A stretch of DNA of 32,000 nucleotides, from assembly GCF_000247565.1 (NCBI RefSeq), contig NC_016893.1:60001-92000 (forward strand), given 5' to 3'. Shown piece after piece: positions 1 to 9,602 of this stretch (position 1 is its first letter; each line of letters opens with the position of its first letter). A program made the translations under genes and the position numbers. This DNA comes from Wigglesworthia glossinidia endosymbiont of Glossina morsitans morsitans (Yale colony) (GTDB lineage: Bacteria > Pseudomonadota > Gammaproteobacteria > Enterobacterales > Enterobacteriaceae). The notes under the pieces are model-generated. The model was given only the letters and a program-made list of their open reading frames with translations, had not been told where the DNA came from and made no database searches.

Positions 1-305
1 GGAAGTTTACTTTCTAATAGTTCTTTTACAGATTCGTTTTTCAATTTTAATGTTAATCCGATATATAACATACTTCCGTATTCGCCGTCTTCTGGTTGTA
101 AACTTACAGTAAATGCATCTAAAGGGAAGTATATTTGAGCAGAAGAACTTTCTACAGGAACATTTTCTGCAGCTTGAGATAAAAGAGGTATATCATTTTT
201 GTTTTTTATCCAAGGTTGAAAGTATATAACTCCTAAAATAATTGAAATGATTGCTCCAATAAGCATTGCAATAACTATTGGACGTTTAAAAAAATTAAAT
301 TTCAT
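1..305 (-). CDS. fliL: Flagellar basal body-associated protein FliL, partial (C-terminus runs off the window start)
   Basis: Open frame on the minus strand from ATG at 303-305: MKFNFFKRPIVIAMLIGAIISIILGVIYFQPW...YFPLDAFTVNLQPEDGEYG..MLYIGLTLKL. It has an N-terminal TM segment and the FliL-like 'FTVNL...LYVGLTLKL' motif, and sits directly downstream of fliK as in enteric bacteria. It is absent from the ORF track because it is open-ended. Confidence 0.9.
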   Translation of the reverse strand, partial: MKFNFFKRPIVIAMLIGAIISIILGVIYFQPWIKNKNDIPLLSQAAENVPVESSSAQIYFPLDAFTVSLQPEDGEYGSMLYIGLTLKLKNESVKELLESKL

Positions 306-368
306 AATTGCCACTTTTAATTTCCTGTATTTATTTAATACGATATTATATTTTGAATCATACTGAAA

Positions 369-1631
369 TTAAGCATACATATCTATTCTTGTATGATCTT
401 GATTAAAGATATACTGTATTTTATTTTTATAGATATTATCGTTTTCAATTTTATTCAAATTTAGCTGTTCTTTTTTATTTTTTTTTCTATCTTTATTAAA
501 TTCATTATTTTTTTCATTTAATCTATATTGATTTTGATTTTCTATGTTATTAAAAATGTTATCTGACTTGTAATGTAAAAAATCTTTTATAAAATGATTA
601 CTAATCATTGCACTATCTAATAATATACCGTTATCTAATAAAGATTTACGTAATTCTTCTAAAGAACTTTTTAAAACCCCTCTTACTTCTGAATGTTCAG
701 AAAATACATGTAATTTTAATTTACTTTTGTAAGATTTTAAAATAACGTTAATAGATCCCAGATTTTTCGGATGTATTTTAAATTCTAAGTGAAATACGCC
801 ATCTTTTTTAAAAAATGCAATTTTTTCTTTTACTAAATTCATCCAAGATTTTAAATCATCAAAATTTTTTATATATAATGTTTGAACAAAATTTTTCGAT
901 TCTGTAATGGAAGAAAATTCATTGGTATTCATATAATAAATATCTTGTAAATCAGATAAATTGTTAAATTTTTGATTTATATTTTTCTGTCGATTATCCT
1001 GATTAAAGTTTTCAAAAATCAATTCCAAATTTTTTTTAATTTCTATATTTTGATATGATTTTTCTATATTTTCATTTTTTAAATTAGAAATACATTTCTC
1101 AAATATGTTTTTATTTACTAAAAAAATTTTTTTGTTCTGTTTTAATTGAATATAATCATTTTGATCAATAGATAAAAAACAGCTTTTTGGTGATTGGTTT
1201 GCTGAGTTCAAATGATCTAAATCAAAATCTTTCGAAAAAATCAAATTTTGATTATTGTTGAAAATATAATTTTCTGAAAAATAATTTTCTAATATATCTT
1301 TTTTTATTTTTTTATTAAAATTTTTGTTTAACGTATTATCAATTTTAGAATTAAACAAGTTTTGAATGTCATTTTTAGACATACTAAAATTATATAATGT
1401 ATTATTTTCCTCGTTAAAATTTGATTTCTCAGTTTTTAAAATTTCTGAATCATTAAAATATTTTTGAACATTTTTTTCATCAAAAATTGAAGTATTAAAT
1501 TGATTAAAAAATGATTTTTCAAAAATATTTTTTAATATCTTTTTGAATTCTAATTTGTCTGTTATTTCTGGAATAACATTAATTACGTCTTGTATATTAT
1601 GTAGAATATTATCTTCATTCAAACATATCAA
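369..1631 (-). CDS. fliK: Flagellar hook-length control protein FliK
   Basis: 420 aa ORF between fliJ and fliL. The N-terminus is divergent and Asn/Lys-rich; the C-terminal part (GVFHLEFKIHPKNLGSINVILKSYKSKLKLHVFSEHSEVRGVLKSSLEELRKSLLDNGI) resembles the FliK C-terminal domain. Confidence 0.88.
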   Translation of the reverse strand: MICLNEDNILHNIQDVINVIPEITDKLEFKKILKNIFEKSFFNQFNTSIFDEKNVQKYFNDSEILKTEKSNFNEENNTLYNFSMSKNDIQNLFNSKIDNTLNKNFNKKIKKDILENYFSENYIFNNNQNLIFSKDFDLDHLNSANQSPKSCFLSIDQNDYIQLKQNKKIFLVNKNIFEKCISNLKNENIEKSYQNIEIKKNLELIFENFNQDNRQKNINQKFNNLSDLQDIYYMNTNEFSSITESKNFVQTLYIKNFDDLKSWMNLVKEKIAFFKKDGVFHLEFKIHPKNLGSINVILKSYKSKLKLHVFSEHSEVRGVLKSSLEELRKSLLDNGILLDSAMISNHFIKDFLHYKSDNIFNNIENQNQYRLNEKNNEFNKDRKKNKKEQLNLNKIENDNIYKNKIQYIFNQDHTRIDMYA

Positions 1632-1751
1632 AATATTATACTCCTTTGGTATATTTTCTTAAATATAATTCGTCTATTTGCTTTTGTAAATTTTTATCTT
1701 GGAGAACTTTATGTGTTAAAATGCAACGTTTTTTTAAAATTGTGAACGCGT

Positions 1752-2087
1752 TTAGTTTATTTTTTTTTTTTTCCAATAATTTTTTGCTTTATTAAGTTGT
1801 AATTTATAATTATTTACTTCTTTATTATAATCAAAAATTAAATTATTTAAACATATAAGAAAAACTTGATAATTATGCCAAACATTTATTTCCAAACCGT
1901 ACTTTATCATATTTTCTTGTAAACTAAGTCGATATTCTTTTTCATATAAAATAAGCATATTTAATTTTTTAACTGATTCTTGATATAAATTGCAAGCTTG
2001 CATTAGTTGTACTGATGCTTGTTGAAAAGAGATTTTTGCATGTATTTTTAATATTTTAAAATTAAATTTTATATTCATGATGTTCAA
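1752..2087 (-). CDS. fliJ: Flagellar export protein FliJ
   Basis: 111 aa coiled-coil-like, charged ORF between fliI and fliK. The assignment relies mostly on synteny. Confidence 0.78.
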   Translation of the reverse strand: MNIMNIKFNFKILKIHAKISFQQASVQLMQACNLYQESVKKLNMLILYEKEYRLSLQENMIKYGLEINVWHNYQVFLICLNNLIFDYNKEVNNYKLQLNKAKNYWKKKKIN

Positions 2088-2100
2088 GTATATTCGTGTT

Positions 2101-3462
2101 TTAAGAAAATAATTTTTTTAATTGTTGATAAGATTCTTCATAAGAACATTTATCTTCTATATTTTGTTTTAAATATTGCATTAATTTAGGATAATTTTTT
2201 ATTGCTTCATCTAATATCGGATCATTACCAGAAGCATATGCACCTACTGATAATAGATCTTTATTTTTTTGATAACTCGATATCCATTGTTTAATTTGTT
2301 GTATATGAAAAAAATGTGATTTTTTTACTAAATTTGGCATAGCTCTACTAATAGAAGTTTCAATTTCTATAGATGGATAATGTCCAGACTCTGATAGTTG
2401 TCTAGATAGTATGATATGTCCATCTAAAATTGCTCGCGCAGCGTCCGCAATAGGATCTTGTTGATCATCGCCTTCTATTAAAACAGTATAAAAAGCTGTA
2501 ATAGAGCCGTGATTTTGTGTACCATTCCCAGTTTTTTCTACTAATTCGGACAATTTTGAAAAAACAGAAGGAGGGTATCCTTTAGTTGTAGGCGGTTCTC
2601 CGATAGCTAAACCTATTTCTCTTTGTGCCATTGCATAGCGAGTTAAAGAGTCCATAATTAATAAAACATGTTTGCCTTGATCTCTAAAATCTTCTGCAAT
2701 TCGAGTAGCATATACTGCACCTTGTATTCTTAACATCGGCGCAATATCAGCTGGAGCTGCAATTACTACAGATCTAGAAATTCCGTCTTTTTGTAAAATA
2801 TTTTCAATAAAATCTTTAACTTCACGGCCTCTTTCTCCAATTAATGCAACTACTATAATATCTGCTTCGGTATATCTAGCCATCATGCCAAGTAACATGC
2901 TTTTTCCTACACCAGATCCAGCAAATAATCCCATTCTTTGGCCTCTTCCTACAGTTATCAATCCATTAATAGCTCTAACTCCGACATCTAAAATTTTTGT
3001 AATTGGATCACGTAATAAAGGATTAATGGGATTAGTATACAAAGATTCTTTTCTTAATACTTTTGGTACTGGCATACGATCTAAGAATTGTCCAGAACTA
3101 TTTAACACTCTACCTAATAGTTCTGTACCTAATGGCAGTAATCTTGTAGAAATTTTTCCATTAATTAATTCTGGAGAATATACTTTAGCTCCCGGAAAGA
3201 TTCCATCTACATTTTCTAAAGGAATTACAAACAAGTTTTTTTCTTTAAATCCTACTACTTCGCATTCTACTTGGATGACGGATTTTTCAACATACTTTTC
3301 AATAATGCACGTTGATCCGATAGGAAGCTGCAAACCAGTTACTTCCATAATAATACCGGTTGCACGAACTAATTTGCCATATTGATAGTAATCAGGTAAA
3401 TTAGAAATCAAACTTTCTTGATTGCTAATTTTATCAATCCATTTTTTTAATTGTAGTGTCAT
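2101..3462 (-). CDS. fliI: Flagellum-specific ATP synthase FliI
   Basis: 453 aa with Walker A-like '[13 protein letters not shown]', '[19 protein letters not shown]' and '[36 protein letters not shown]'; fliH-fliI-fliJ order. Confidence 0.98.
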   Translation of the reverse strand: MTLQLKKWIDKISNQESLISNLPDYYQYGKLVRATGIIMEVTGLQLPIGSTCIIEKYVEKSVIQVECEVVGFKEKNLFVIPLENVDGIFPGAKVYSPELINGKISTRLLPLGTELLGRVLNSSGQFLDRMPVPKVLRKESLYTNPINPLLRDPITKILDVGVRAINGLITVGRGQRMGLFAGSGVGKSMLLGMMARYTEADIIVVALIGERGREVKDFIENILQKDGISRSVVIAAPADIAPMLRIQGAVYATRIAEDFRDQGKHVLLIMDSLTRYAMAQREIGLAIGEPPTTKGYPPSVFSKLSELVEKTGNGTQNHGSITAFYTVLIEGDDQQDPIADAARAILDGHIILSRQLSESGHYPSIEIETSISRAMPNLVKKSHFFHIQQIKQWISSYQKNKDLLSVGAYASGNDPILDEAIKNYPKLMQYLKQNIEDKCSYEESYQQLKKLFS

Positions 3463-4142
3463 TGAATATTATCTTTTTTTAGTATTTGACAAATATGATT
3501 CCATTTTGATTCCAATGTTGCATCAATTTCTCCATCTTCAGTAAGAATGCGGAATCCGCCGCGTAACAATTGACCGTCTCCTAAAAGACGCCATCCTTGA
3601 TTTTTAAAAGTTTCTCCAAAATACTCTTTTAATACATTTAAATCATCCGGATGAACATATAATCGTAAATCGTCTCCTAAAAAATTTTTTTCATGTAACA
3701 ATTTTCGAATTTCTTTTAAAAGTACTTTAGTATCACATATAGGTGATTTTTTTATTATTTTTTCTGATATTTGTAATGCAATTTGTATTATACGTGATGG
3801 TATTATAGCTTCTAGTCCTGATATACTAGATTTTAATTCTTTAATTAATTGTTCTATTTGAAATATTTTTTCTTTTTTTTTGATATTAAATTGATCTAAT
3901 CCTTGTTTTAAACCTTCTTTTAATCCTTGAAGATATCCGGATTCTTTGCCTGATTTATATCCGGATTCGAACCCTTTTTTTTGTGCAGTAGTAATTTTTT
4001 TTTTTGTTAGTTCTTCGACGTTTTCCTTGTTATGTAATATATTTTTTGAATTTTTTTCTTTATCTTGAGAACTGGAGAAATCTCTTACTAGCCACGTGGT
4101 CCAATCAGATTTTTTATAATTTTCAGACATAACTTTCTCCAT
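3459..4142 (-). CDS. fliH: Flagellar assembly protein FliH
   Basis: 227 aa with '[28 protein letters not shown]' glycine-repeat region and C-terminal '[15 protein letters not shown]...[32 protein letters not shown]'; between fliG and fliI. Confidence 0.95.
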   Translation of the reverse strand: MEKVMSENYKKSDWTTWLVRDFSSSQDKEKNSKNILHNKENVEELTKKKITTAQKKGFESGYKSGKESGYLQGLKEGLKQGLDQFNIKKKEKIFQIEQLIKELKSSISGLEAIIPSRIIQIALQISEKIIKKSPICDTKVLLKEIRKLLHEKNFLGDDLRLYVHPDDLNVLKEYFGETFKNQGWRLLGDGQLLRGGFRILTEDGEIDATLESKWNHICQILKKDNIQ

Positions 4143-5109
4143 CTTGGTTCAATGTTATTTCATCTGCATCTGATAAACGTCTAACTATATCTAATATTTT
4201 TTTTCTTTCAATTTCTACTTTAGATAATTTAATTGGTTTACTCAAGTTCAAATCTTCTCTTAAAATTTCTGCTTGACGTTTAGACATATTATTCAGTACT
4301 TTTTCTACTAATTCTGTTTTGCAACCTTTTAAAGCAACAATAAGAGAATCGTTTTCTACTTCTCTTAATACACGCTGTAAGCTTTGATCATCTAAATTTT
4401 GTAAATCATCAAAAATAAACATTTTTTTAATTATTTTTTCTGTAAGTTTTTGATCTATTTCTTTCATGAGTTGGATTGTTTTATCTTGATCAGATTGCAT
4501 GTAATTTAAAATTTCTGCTGCAGGCTTAATGCCTCCTTGAGCATTAGAATATGATTTATAACTTTGAATTAAATCATTTAAAATAAGAGTGAGTTCTTTG
4601 ATTGCAAAAGACGTTAACTTAGATAAATTTGCAATTTTTATTAAAATATCTCGACGTAAATCATCATCAAATTTTGATAAAATATCAGCTGCTATATTTC
4701 TTTTTAATAGAGATAATGTCACTGTAATTATTTGAGGATGTTCATCTTTAATAAAAGAAAAAATTGTTTCTGAATTCATAGTGTTTAAAGTATCAATTCC
4801 TTTACAAAGCTGATCATTTTTAACATTAAATTCTTCTAACAATAAAAGCGCTTGTTCTTCTCCTAAAGCACTACTTAATGTTGTTTTTAAATAATCATAA
4901 CATTCTTTTTCTGGACTGATTAATGTACGAGCATCATTATGAAATTCATCTAAAACAGATTTTAAATCTGATCTAGAATAAATACCTAAATTTGCCATAT
5001 TTTTACTAATTACTTCTATTTCTTGGCGATTTAAATATTTAAATACCGATGATGCTCTTTTTTCTCCGAGAGTTAACATAATAATTGCGCTATTTTTATT
5101 TAAATTCAT
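4123..5109 (-). CDS. fliG: Flagellar motor switch protein FliG
   Basis: 328 aa with 'MFIFDDLQNLDDQSLQRVLREVENDSLIVALKG' and 'NMSKRQAEILREDL' C-terminal motor domain motifs; ends GESYV. Confidence 0.97.
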   Translation of the reverse strand: MNLNKNSAIIMLTLGEKRASSVFKYLNRQEIEVISKNMANLGIYSRSDLKSVLDEFHNDARTLISPEKECYDYLKTTLSSALGEEQALLLLEEFNVKNDQLCKGIDTLNTMNSETIFSFIKDEHPQIITVTLSLLKRNIAADILSKFDDDLRRDILIKIANLSKLTSFAIKELTLILNDLIQSYKSYSNAQGGIKPAAEILNYMQSDQDKTIQLMKEIDQKLTEKIIKKMFIFDDLQNLDDQSLQRVLREVENDSLIVALKGCKTELVEKVLNNMSKRQAEILREDLNLSKPIKLSKVEIERKKILDIVRRLSDADEITLNQDGESYV

Positions 5110-6790
5110 AGTTTTTGTGTTCTTTTTTAATCCATTGACTTAAAATTTTTGCTACTAATTTTGGTTGTTTTTCAGCAATTTCTTTTAGTTCTTTAATATT
5201 ATTTTCTATTAAATTATTATTATTTTCTATATTTTTTTGATTTTTTATTTGCATTTTTTCTTCTTCTGAAGGGATATTATCTTTTTGTTGCAAATTTATT
5301 TTTTTCATCATATTTTGTTGATTTTCTTGTTGCTGTTTCCACATTTTCATAAATTTATTCCAAGCAAACCAGATTGCAATAAAAGATATTATATACTTAA
5401 AAATACTGAAAATAATATTTTGTAAACGCGGATTTTCCCAAAAATAAAGACGTGATAATTCGTTTTGATTATCGACGAAATTCATATTTACAATATTTAC
5501 TGTATCTCCTCTATTTTCTGAATACCCCATGGCTTCTCGTACTAAAGCGTATATATCTTGCATCTCTTGTGCATTTAACTTTATTTGATTACCATCAAGG
5601 TTAGTTCGATTATTTATCAACACAGCAACAGATAACTTTTTTAAAGTTCCAGAAGAAAATTGATTATGAGTAATTTTACGATCTATTTCGTAATTAATTG
5701 TTTTTTCATTTTGAATACTACTTGATCTTTCAGAATTGTTAGATGAATTTTCAGAAAGTGATTTTGAGTCAGTTTTATTATTTTCATATTCAGAATCTTC
5801 GATCATAGCAGATGATGGTTGTGATGGTTGGTTGCTTAATGCTCCTGGGATTCCTTCTGGAATGTTTCCAAAATTTTTATTTTCTGTAATTTGTTGACTT
5901 CGAATAGTCATGTCTTTAGGATCAGTATTTGGTTTATGCTGTTCTAAAGTTTGTTCGATTTTAGTAAAATCTATTTGAGCAGTGACTTCTGCGCGGATGT
6001 TATTGATTCCTACTATTGGAGTCAAAATAGCTTCAATTCTTCTGCGATATTCTGATTCAATTTCTCGAATATATTGTAATTGTACTACGTTACTGCTGAT
6101 TTCTTTATTTTCCGGTCGAGTAAGTAACTTTCCGTGATTATCAACTAAAATAATATTATTTGCTGGTAAATTAGGAACAGTACCTGAAACTAACCATGTG
6201 ATTGCTTGAATTTGATTATCATCGAGCATTCTTCCTGGATATAATGTAAGCGTAATGGAAGCTTTTGCTGATTGTTTATCTTTTACAAAAACAGAATTTT
6301 TTGGAATAGCTATATGAACACGTGCATATTGAATAGAATTAATTGTTTCTATTGTGCGTGCAATTTCTCCTTCTAATGCTCTTTGATAATTAATTTGTTC
6401 ATTAAATTGGCTCATTCCAAATTTAGAATCATCTAAAATTTCAAATCCTACTGAACCTCTTTTCGGCAAATTTTTTTGAGCAAGCATTAACCTAGTTTTA
6501 TATACTTGGTCTGCAGGAATCATAATAGCTCCGTTTCCATATGAAAATTTGTATGGAATATTTGCGGAAGATAATTCTGCTATAATTTCTCCTCCATCTT
6601 GATCGCTAATATTACTATATAATACTTGATAATCTGGAGATTGTATCCATATGACTAGTGCTGCGATTAAAGTAATTCCGAAAATTCCAGAAATTAAAAG
6701 AAAGTATTTTGGATTATTAAAAATTTTTTTAAAAAAATCAGTGAAATATTCAGTCGATTTGTTTTTTATATCTGTAGCCAAAACATTCAT
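5096..6790 (-). CDS. fliF: Flagellar MS-ring protein FliF
   Basis: 564 aa with 'YQVLYSNISDQDGGEIIAELSSANIPYKFSYGNGAIMIPADQVYKTRLMLAQKNLPKRGSVGFEILDDSKFGMSQFNEQINYQRALEGEIARTIETI'. Confidence 0.98.
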   Translation of the reverse strand: MNVLATDIKNKSTEYFTDFFKKIFNNPKYFLLISGIFGITLIAALVIWIQSPDYQVLYSNISDQDGGEIIAELSSANIPYKFSYGNGAIMIPADQVYKTRLMLAQKNLPKRGSVGFEILDDSKFGMSQFNEQINYQRALEGEIARTIETINSIQYARVHIAIPKNSVFVKDKQSAKASITLTLYPGRMLDDNQIQAITWLVSGTVPNLPANNIILVDNHGKLLTRPENKEISSNVVQLQYIREIESEYRRRIEAILTPIVGINNIRAEVTAQIDFTKIEQTLEQHKPNTDPKDMTIRSQQITENKNFGNIPEGIPGALSNQPSQPSSAMIEDSEYENNKTDSKSLSENSSNNSERSSSIQNEKTINYEIDRKITHNQFSSGTLKKLSVAVLINNRTNLDGNQIKLNAQEMQDIYALVREAMGYSENRGDTVNIVNMNFVDNQNELSRLYFWENPRLQNIIFSIFKYIISFIAIWFAWNKFMKMWKQQQENQQNMMKKINLQQKDNIPSEEEKMQIKNQKNIENNNNLIENNIKELKEIAEKQPKLVAKILSQWIKKEHKNYEFK

Positions 6791-7057
6791 TTAATTTCCC
6801 TAAAATGCAATTTATTTAATTCAATATTTTTTTTCTAAAATTTATTGTAATTTAAATTTTGTGTTATTTTTGCTTAATAATTAACAGTTTCACATATAAA
6901 AAATCTATTGATAGGAAAATAAAGCAGTTCTTTCAACCTTAATTTTTTGGATTTGAATATTATTATTTAAGTTATTATTAAACACTAAAGCAACATATAT
7001 TTAAAATTTTATTGAAATATAAAATAACTAAATTTTAATGAAAAGGTAATTATTTAG

Positions 7058-7378
7058 ATGAAAATAGATTTTGATGAAAATCCAATAATAAACAAAATGA
7101 ACGCAATAAAATTTGATTTGAATCCAAAGATAAATATAAGCAAAATTTCTCAGGATTCAGAATTCCTAAACATTTTCAGAGAAAGTATAAAAAAAATTAA
7201 TACTTTAGAAGTACAATCGGAAGATATATCAAAAAAATTTGAACTAGGATATCAAAATGTTGGCATTAATGACGTTATGCTTGAAATGCAAAAAGCCGCA
7301 ATAGCTTTAAATTTTGGAATTCAAGTCACTAACAAATTAGTCGGAGCTTATCAGGAAATTATGAACATGAACATATAA
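7058..7378 (+). CDS. fliE: Flagellar hook-basal body complex protein FliE
   Basis: 106 aa divergent from fliF; C-terminal 'VGINDVMLEMQKAAIALNFGIQVTNKLVGAYQEIMNMNI' is a typical FliE C-terminus. Confidence 0.95.
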   Translation: MKIDFDENPIINKMNAIKFDLNPKINISKISQDSEFLNIFRESIKKINTLEVQSEDISKKFELGYQNVGINDVMLEMQKAAIALNFGIQVTNKLVGAYQEIMNMNI

Positions 7379-7430
7379 ACTATATTTTAATTGTGAGTAA
7401 AATTTTTAATTTTTTTAAAACACTAATTTT

Positions 7431-7823
7431 TTATTTAATTAACTTCCAAGCAGAAGATACTTTTCTCAATAAATCGTTTACATGCTTTATTTTTTTAACA
7501 TCATTATTTAAATTTGCCTCTAGTAAGACACGAATACAATATATATATAAAGACTTTAAGTTTTGAGCAAGCATAAAATTTTCGTCATTATGCAGCGCAG
7601 GTATAAGAACAGATTCGATCATAGAAATAGAATATGATATCGATTCTCCCTTCATAGAAATTTGATTGTTTTTTATTAAAAAAATTGATTTTCTAAGTTC
7701 CGAATGTAATATATCGAAAACAATATCAATTAGCTCTTTAGGATTAGCGTTTAGGATCTTGTCCTTTAAAGAAAAAAGATTCGATTTTTTATACATATTA
7801 ATAGCATGTTTGTTTTGATACAT
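7431..7823 (-). CDS. fliS: Flagellin chaperone FliS
   Basis: 130 aa downstream of fliD. N-terminal 'MYQNKHAINMYKKSNLFSLKDKILNANPKELIDIVFDILHSELRKSIFLIKNNQ' matches the FliS pattern. Confidence 0.88.
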   Translation of the reverse strand: MYQNKHAINMYKKSNLFSLKDKILNANPKELIDIVFDILHSELRKSIFLIKNNQISMKGESISYSISMIESVLIPALHNDENFMLAQNLKSLYIYCIRVLLEANLNNDVKKIKHVNDLLRKVSSAWKLIK

Positions 7824-7851
7824 ATCATACTCCGTTCAGATATCAAATACT

Positions 7852-9357
7852 TTACGTTTTATGAGAAGACAAAATTATATCGATTTGTTTACTAATAGCA
7901 TCAGTTTTAGTTAAAAATACATCTAATTTTTGAAATTGTAATTGGTATAAATTAATTCTATTACGAATCATAGTTTCAGTACGATTGATATTTTTAATTA
8001 CTGCTTTATTTTTCAATTTTAAATCTTGAAGTTCAGATTCGATAATTCCTGATTTGTTTAACTTTGTATTGTTAATATATTCTTGAATTAATTGAGATAT
8101 ATTTGAAATAAATCCTATTTGATTTTTTTTCCCAAGAAAAAAATCTTGCATATTTAACCAGTTCTTTTCAGTATTAGAATTTAATTTTTCTTGATTTAAA
8201 ATTAATTTTCCAGATTTCTGATCTATTGCTATTCCTACATCTATCAATGATGTAATATTAGTTTGTTTATAGTCACAATAATTTATTCTTGTACATTGTC
8301 TTAATTTGGAAATTAAATTTGTTAACAAGCTATTTCCAAACAAAATAGAACTTTGCGTCATATGATCTTTAGATTGCTTATTTAGATAAGAATTATGACT
8401 GTTTTCAAGTTTCAACTTCCTAAATTCTGATGTTTGATCTATAAATGTATTAAAGCAGGTAACAAATTCTTTTATATTTTTCAATACAAAATTTTTATCT
8501 TTAAAAAATCTTACAGTTTCTTTTTCGAAAAATTTTTTGGATTCATCTTTTTTTGATGTTTTAATTAAATTGAATGTAACATTTTTTAGAGCATCTGTAA
8601 TAATATTGCTTTCGCGATAGTATTTAATTCCATCTACTTCTAGAATAGAACATTGTGCTTTTTGATTCTCTCGCATTTGTGTATAAGTTGTTTCGTTTTG
8701 ATTTTTTTCTAGATTTTCTACATTTTTGTTAGGAAAACGTAAAATTTGATCTAGTTTATCATCTCCGTCAACATTAATTGCAAGTTGTCCATTTGTACCT
8801 AATATATCTGAACTTATTAACAAACAGTTTTCGTTAAAGTTAATTTTTTTAATTTCAGAATGAATATTTAAGTTGGATTTATTTATTGCTTTGGATATAT
8901 TTTCTAAAGTTGTATTATTTCGATTAAGTTTTATCCGAACTTTTTTATTAGTTTGATTTTGTTTGTTTCCCTGAACGATATTTAAATAACGTATATTTTC
9001 TGAATTTCCTAAGATCGTGTTTTTCTTTTGTTTTAAAAATAAGGATAATGTGTGATTTTTTGCTAGTTGCACGACACTTACTTCATGTGAGCTTTCGGAT
9101 TGACCGCCAGATGTAGAAAAACATTCATTTTTACTGCTTTGAAAGGAAGAAAAAGATCTTGAATTAATAGTAGAAGATTTCTGCAGAATATTTTGTAATG
9201 AATAACAAATTTTTCCCCATGCACTTATTTTATTTTTTATTATTTCTTTCTCATTTTGTAAAGGTTTTAATTTCAAGTTTTCAATTTCTATTAACCTTTG
9301 CATAAGTTCAGACGTAGCACCTTTAGATCCAATACCTAACATGGATATGTTTGTCAT
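7852..9357 (-). CDS. fliD: Flagellar filament capping protein FliD
   Basis: 501 aa with 'MLGIGSKGATSELMQRLIEIENLKLKPLQNEKEIIKNKISAWGKICYSLQNI'. It is upstream of fliS and divergent from fliC, as in enterics. Confidence 0.93.
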   Translation of the reverse strand: MTNISMLGIGSKGATSELMQRLIEIENLKLKPLQNEKEIIKNKISAWGKICYSLQNILQKSSTINSRSFSSFQSSKNECFSTSGGQSESSHEVSVVQLAKNHTLSLFLKQKKNTILGNSENIRYLNIVQGNKQNQTNKKVRIKLNRNNTTLENISKAINKSNLNIHSEIKKINFNENCLLISSDILGTNGQLAINVDGDDKLDQILRFPNKNVENLEKNQNETTYTQMRENQKAQCSILEVDGIKYYRESNIITDALKNVTFNLIKTSKKDESKKFFEKETVRFFKDKNFVLKNIKEFVTCFNTFIDQTSEFRKLKLENSHNSYLNKQSKDHMTQSSILFGNSLLTNLISKLRQCTRINYCDYKQTNITSLIDVGIAIDQKSGKLILNQEKLNSNTEKNWLNMQDFFLGKKNQIGFISNISQLIQEYINNTKLNKSGIIESELQDLKLKNKAVIKNINRTETMIRNRINLYQLQFQKLDVFLTKTDAISKQIDIILSSHKT

Positions 9358-9393
9358 TTAAATCCTCTGATATTTTTTCTTTTTAAAAGAAAT

Positions 9394-9420
9394 ATATCGG
9401 TGAATTTTAAAAAAAGTTTA
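9394..9420 (-). promoter_or_regulatory. Putative sigma-28 (FliA) promoter for fliD-fliS
   Basis: On the minus strand: TAAACTTT (complement 9413-9420), 11-nt spacer, ACCGATAT (complement 9394-9401). Enterobacterial sigma-28 consensus is TAAAGTTT-N11-GCCGATAA. It lies about 37 nt upstream of the fliD ATG, which has an AGAGGA Shine-Dalgarno. Confidence 0.8.
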
Positions 9421-9515
9421 TTTTGACATATAAATATAAAAGCTCTAGGCATATAAAAAAATGCGAAAATCTCATTAGTAACACAAAATTTAAACTTGTA
9501 AATTACTATATTTTT

Positions 9516-9542
9516 TAAAGCTTTGTTAATCCGAGCCGATAT
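9516..9542 (+). promoter_or_regulatory. Putative sigma-28 (FliA) promoter for fliC
   Basis: TAAAGCTT (9516-9523), 11-nt spacer, GCCGATAT (9535-9542), about 60 nt upstream of the fliC ATG. Confidence 0.88.
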
Positions 9543-9602
9543 CTTTTATCGTGTTCTTAAATATATTCAACAGAACTTCGCATAAAACGAGGGAAACCGT
9601 AT

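Noticed and set aside
2885-3385. 166-aa ORF on the + strand antisense to fliI
   Set aside because: Lies entirely within the strongly conserved fliI coding sequence on the opposite strand and has no recognisable domain; explained as an antisense shadow ORF.
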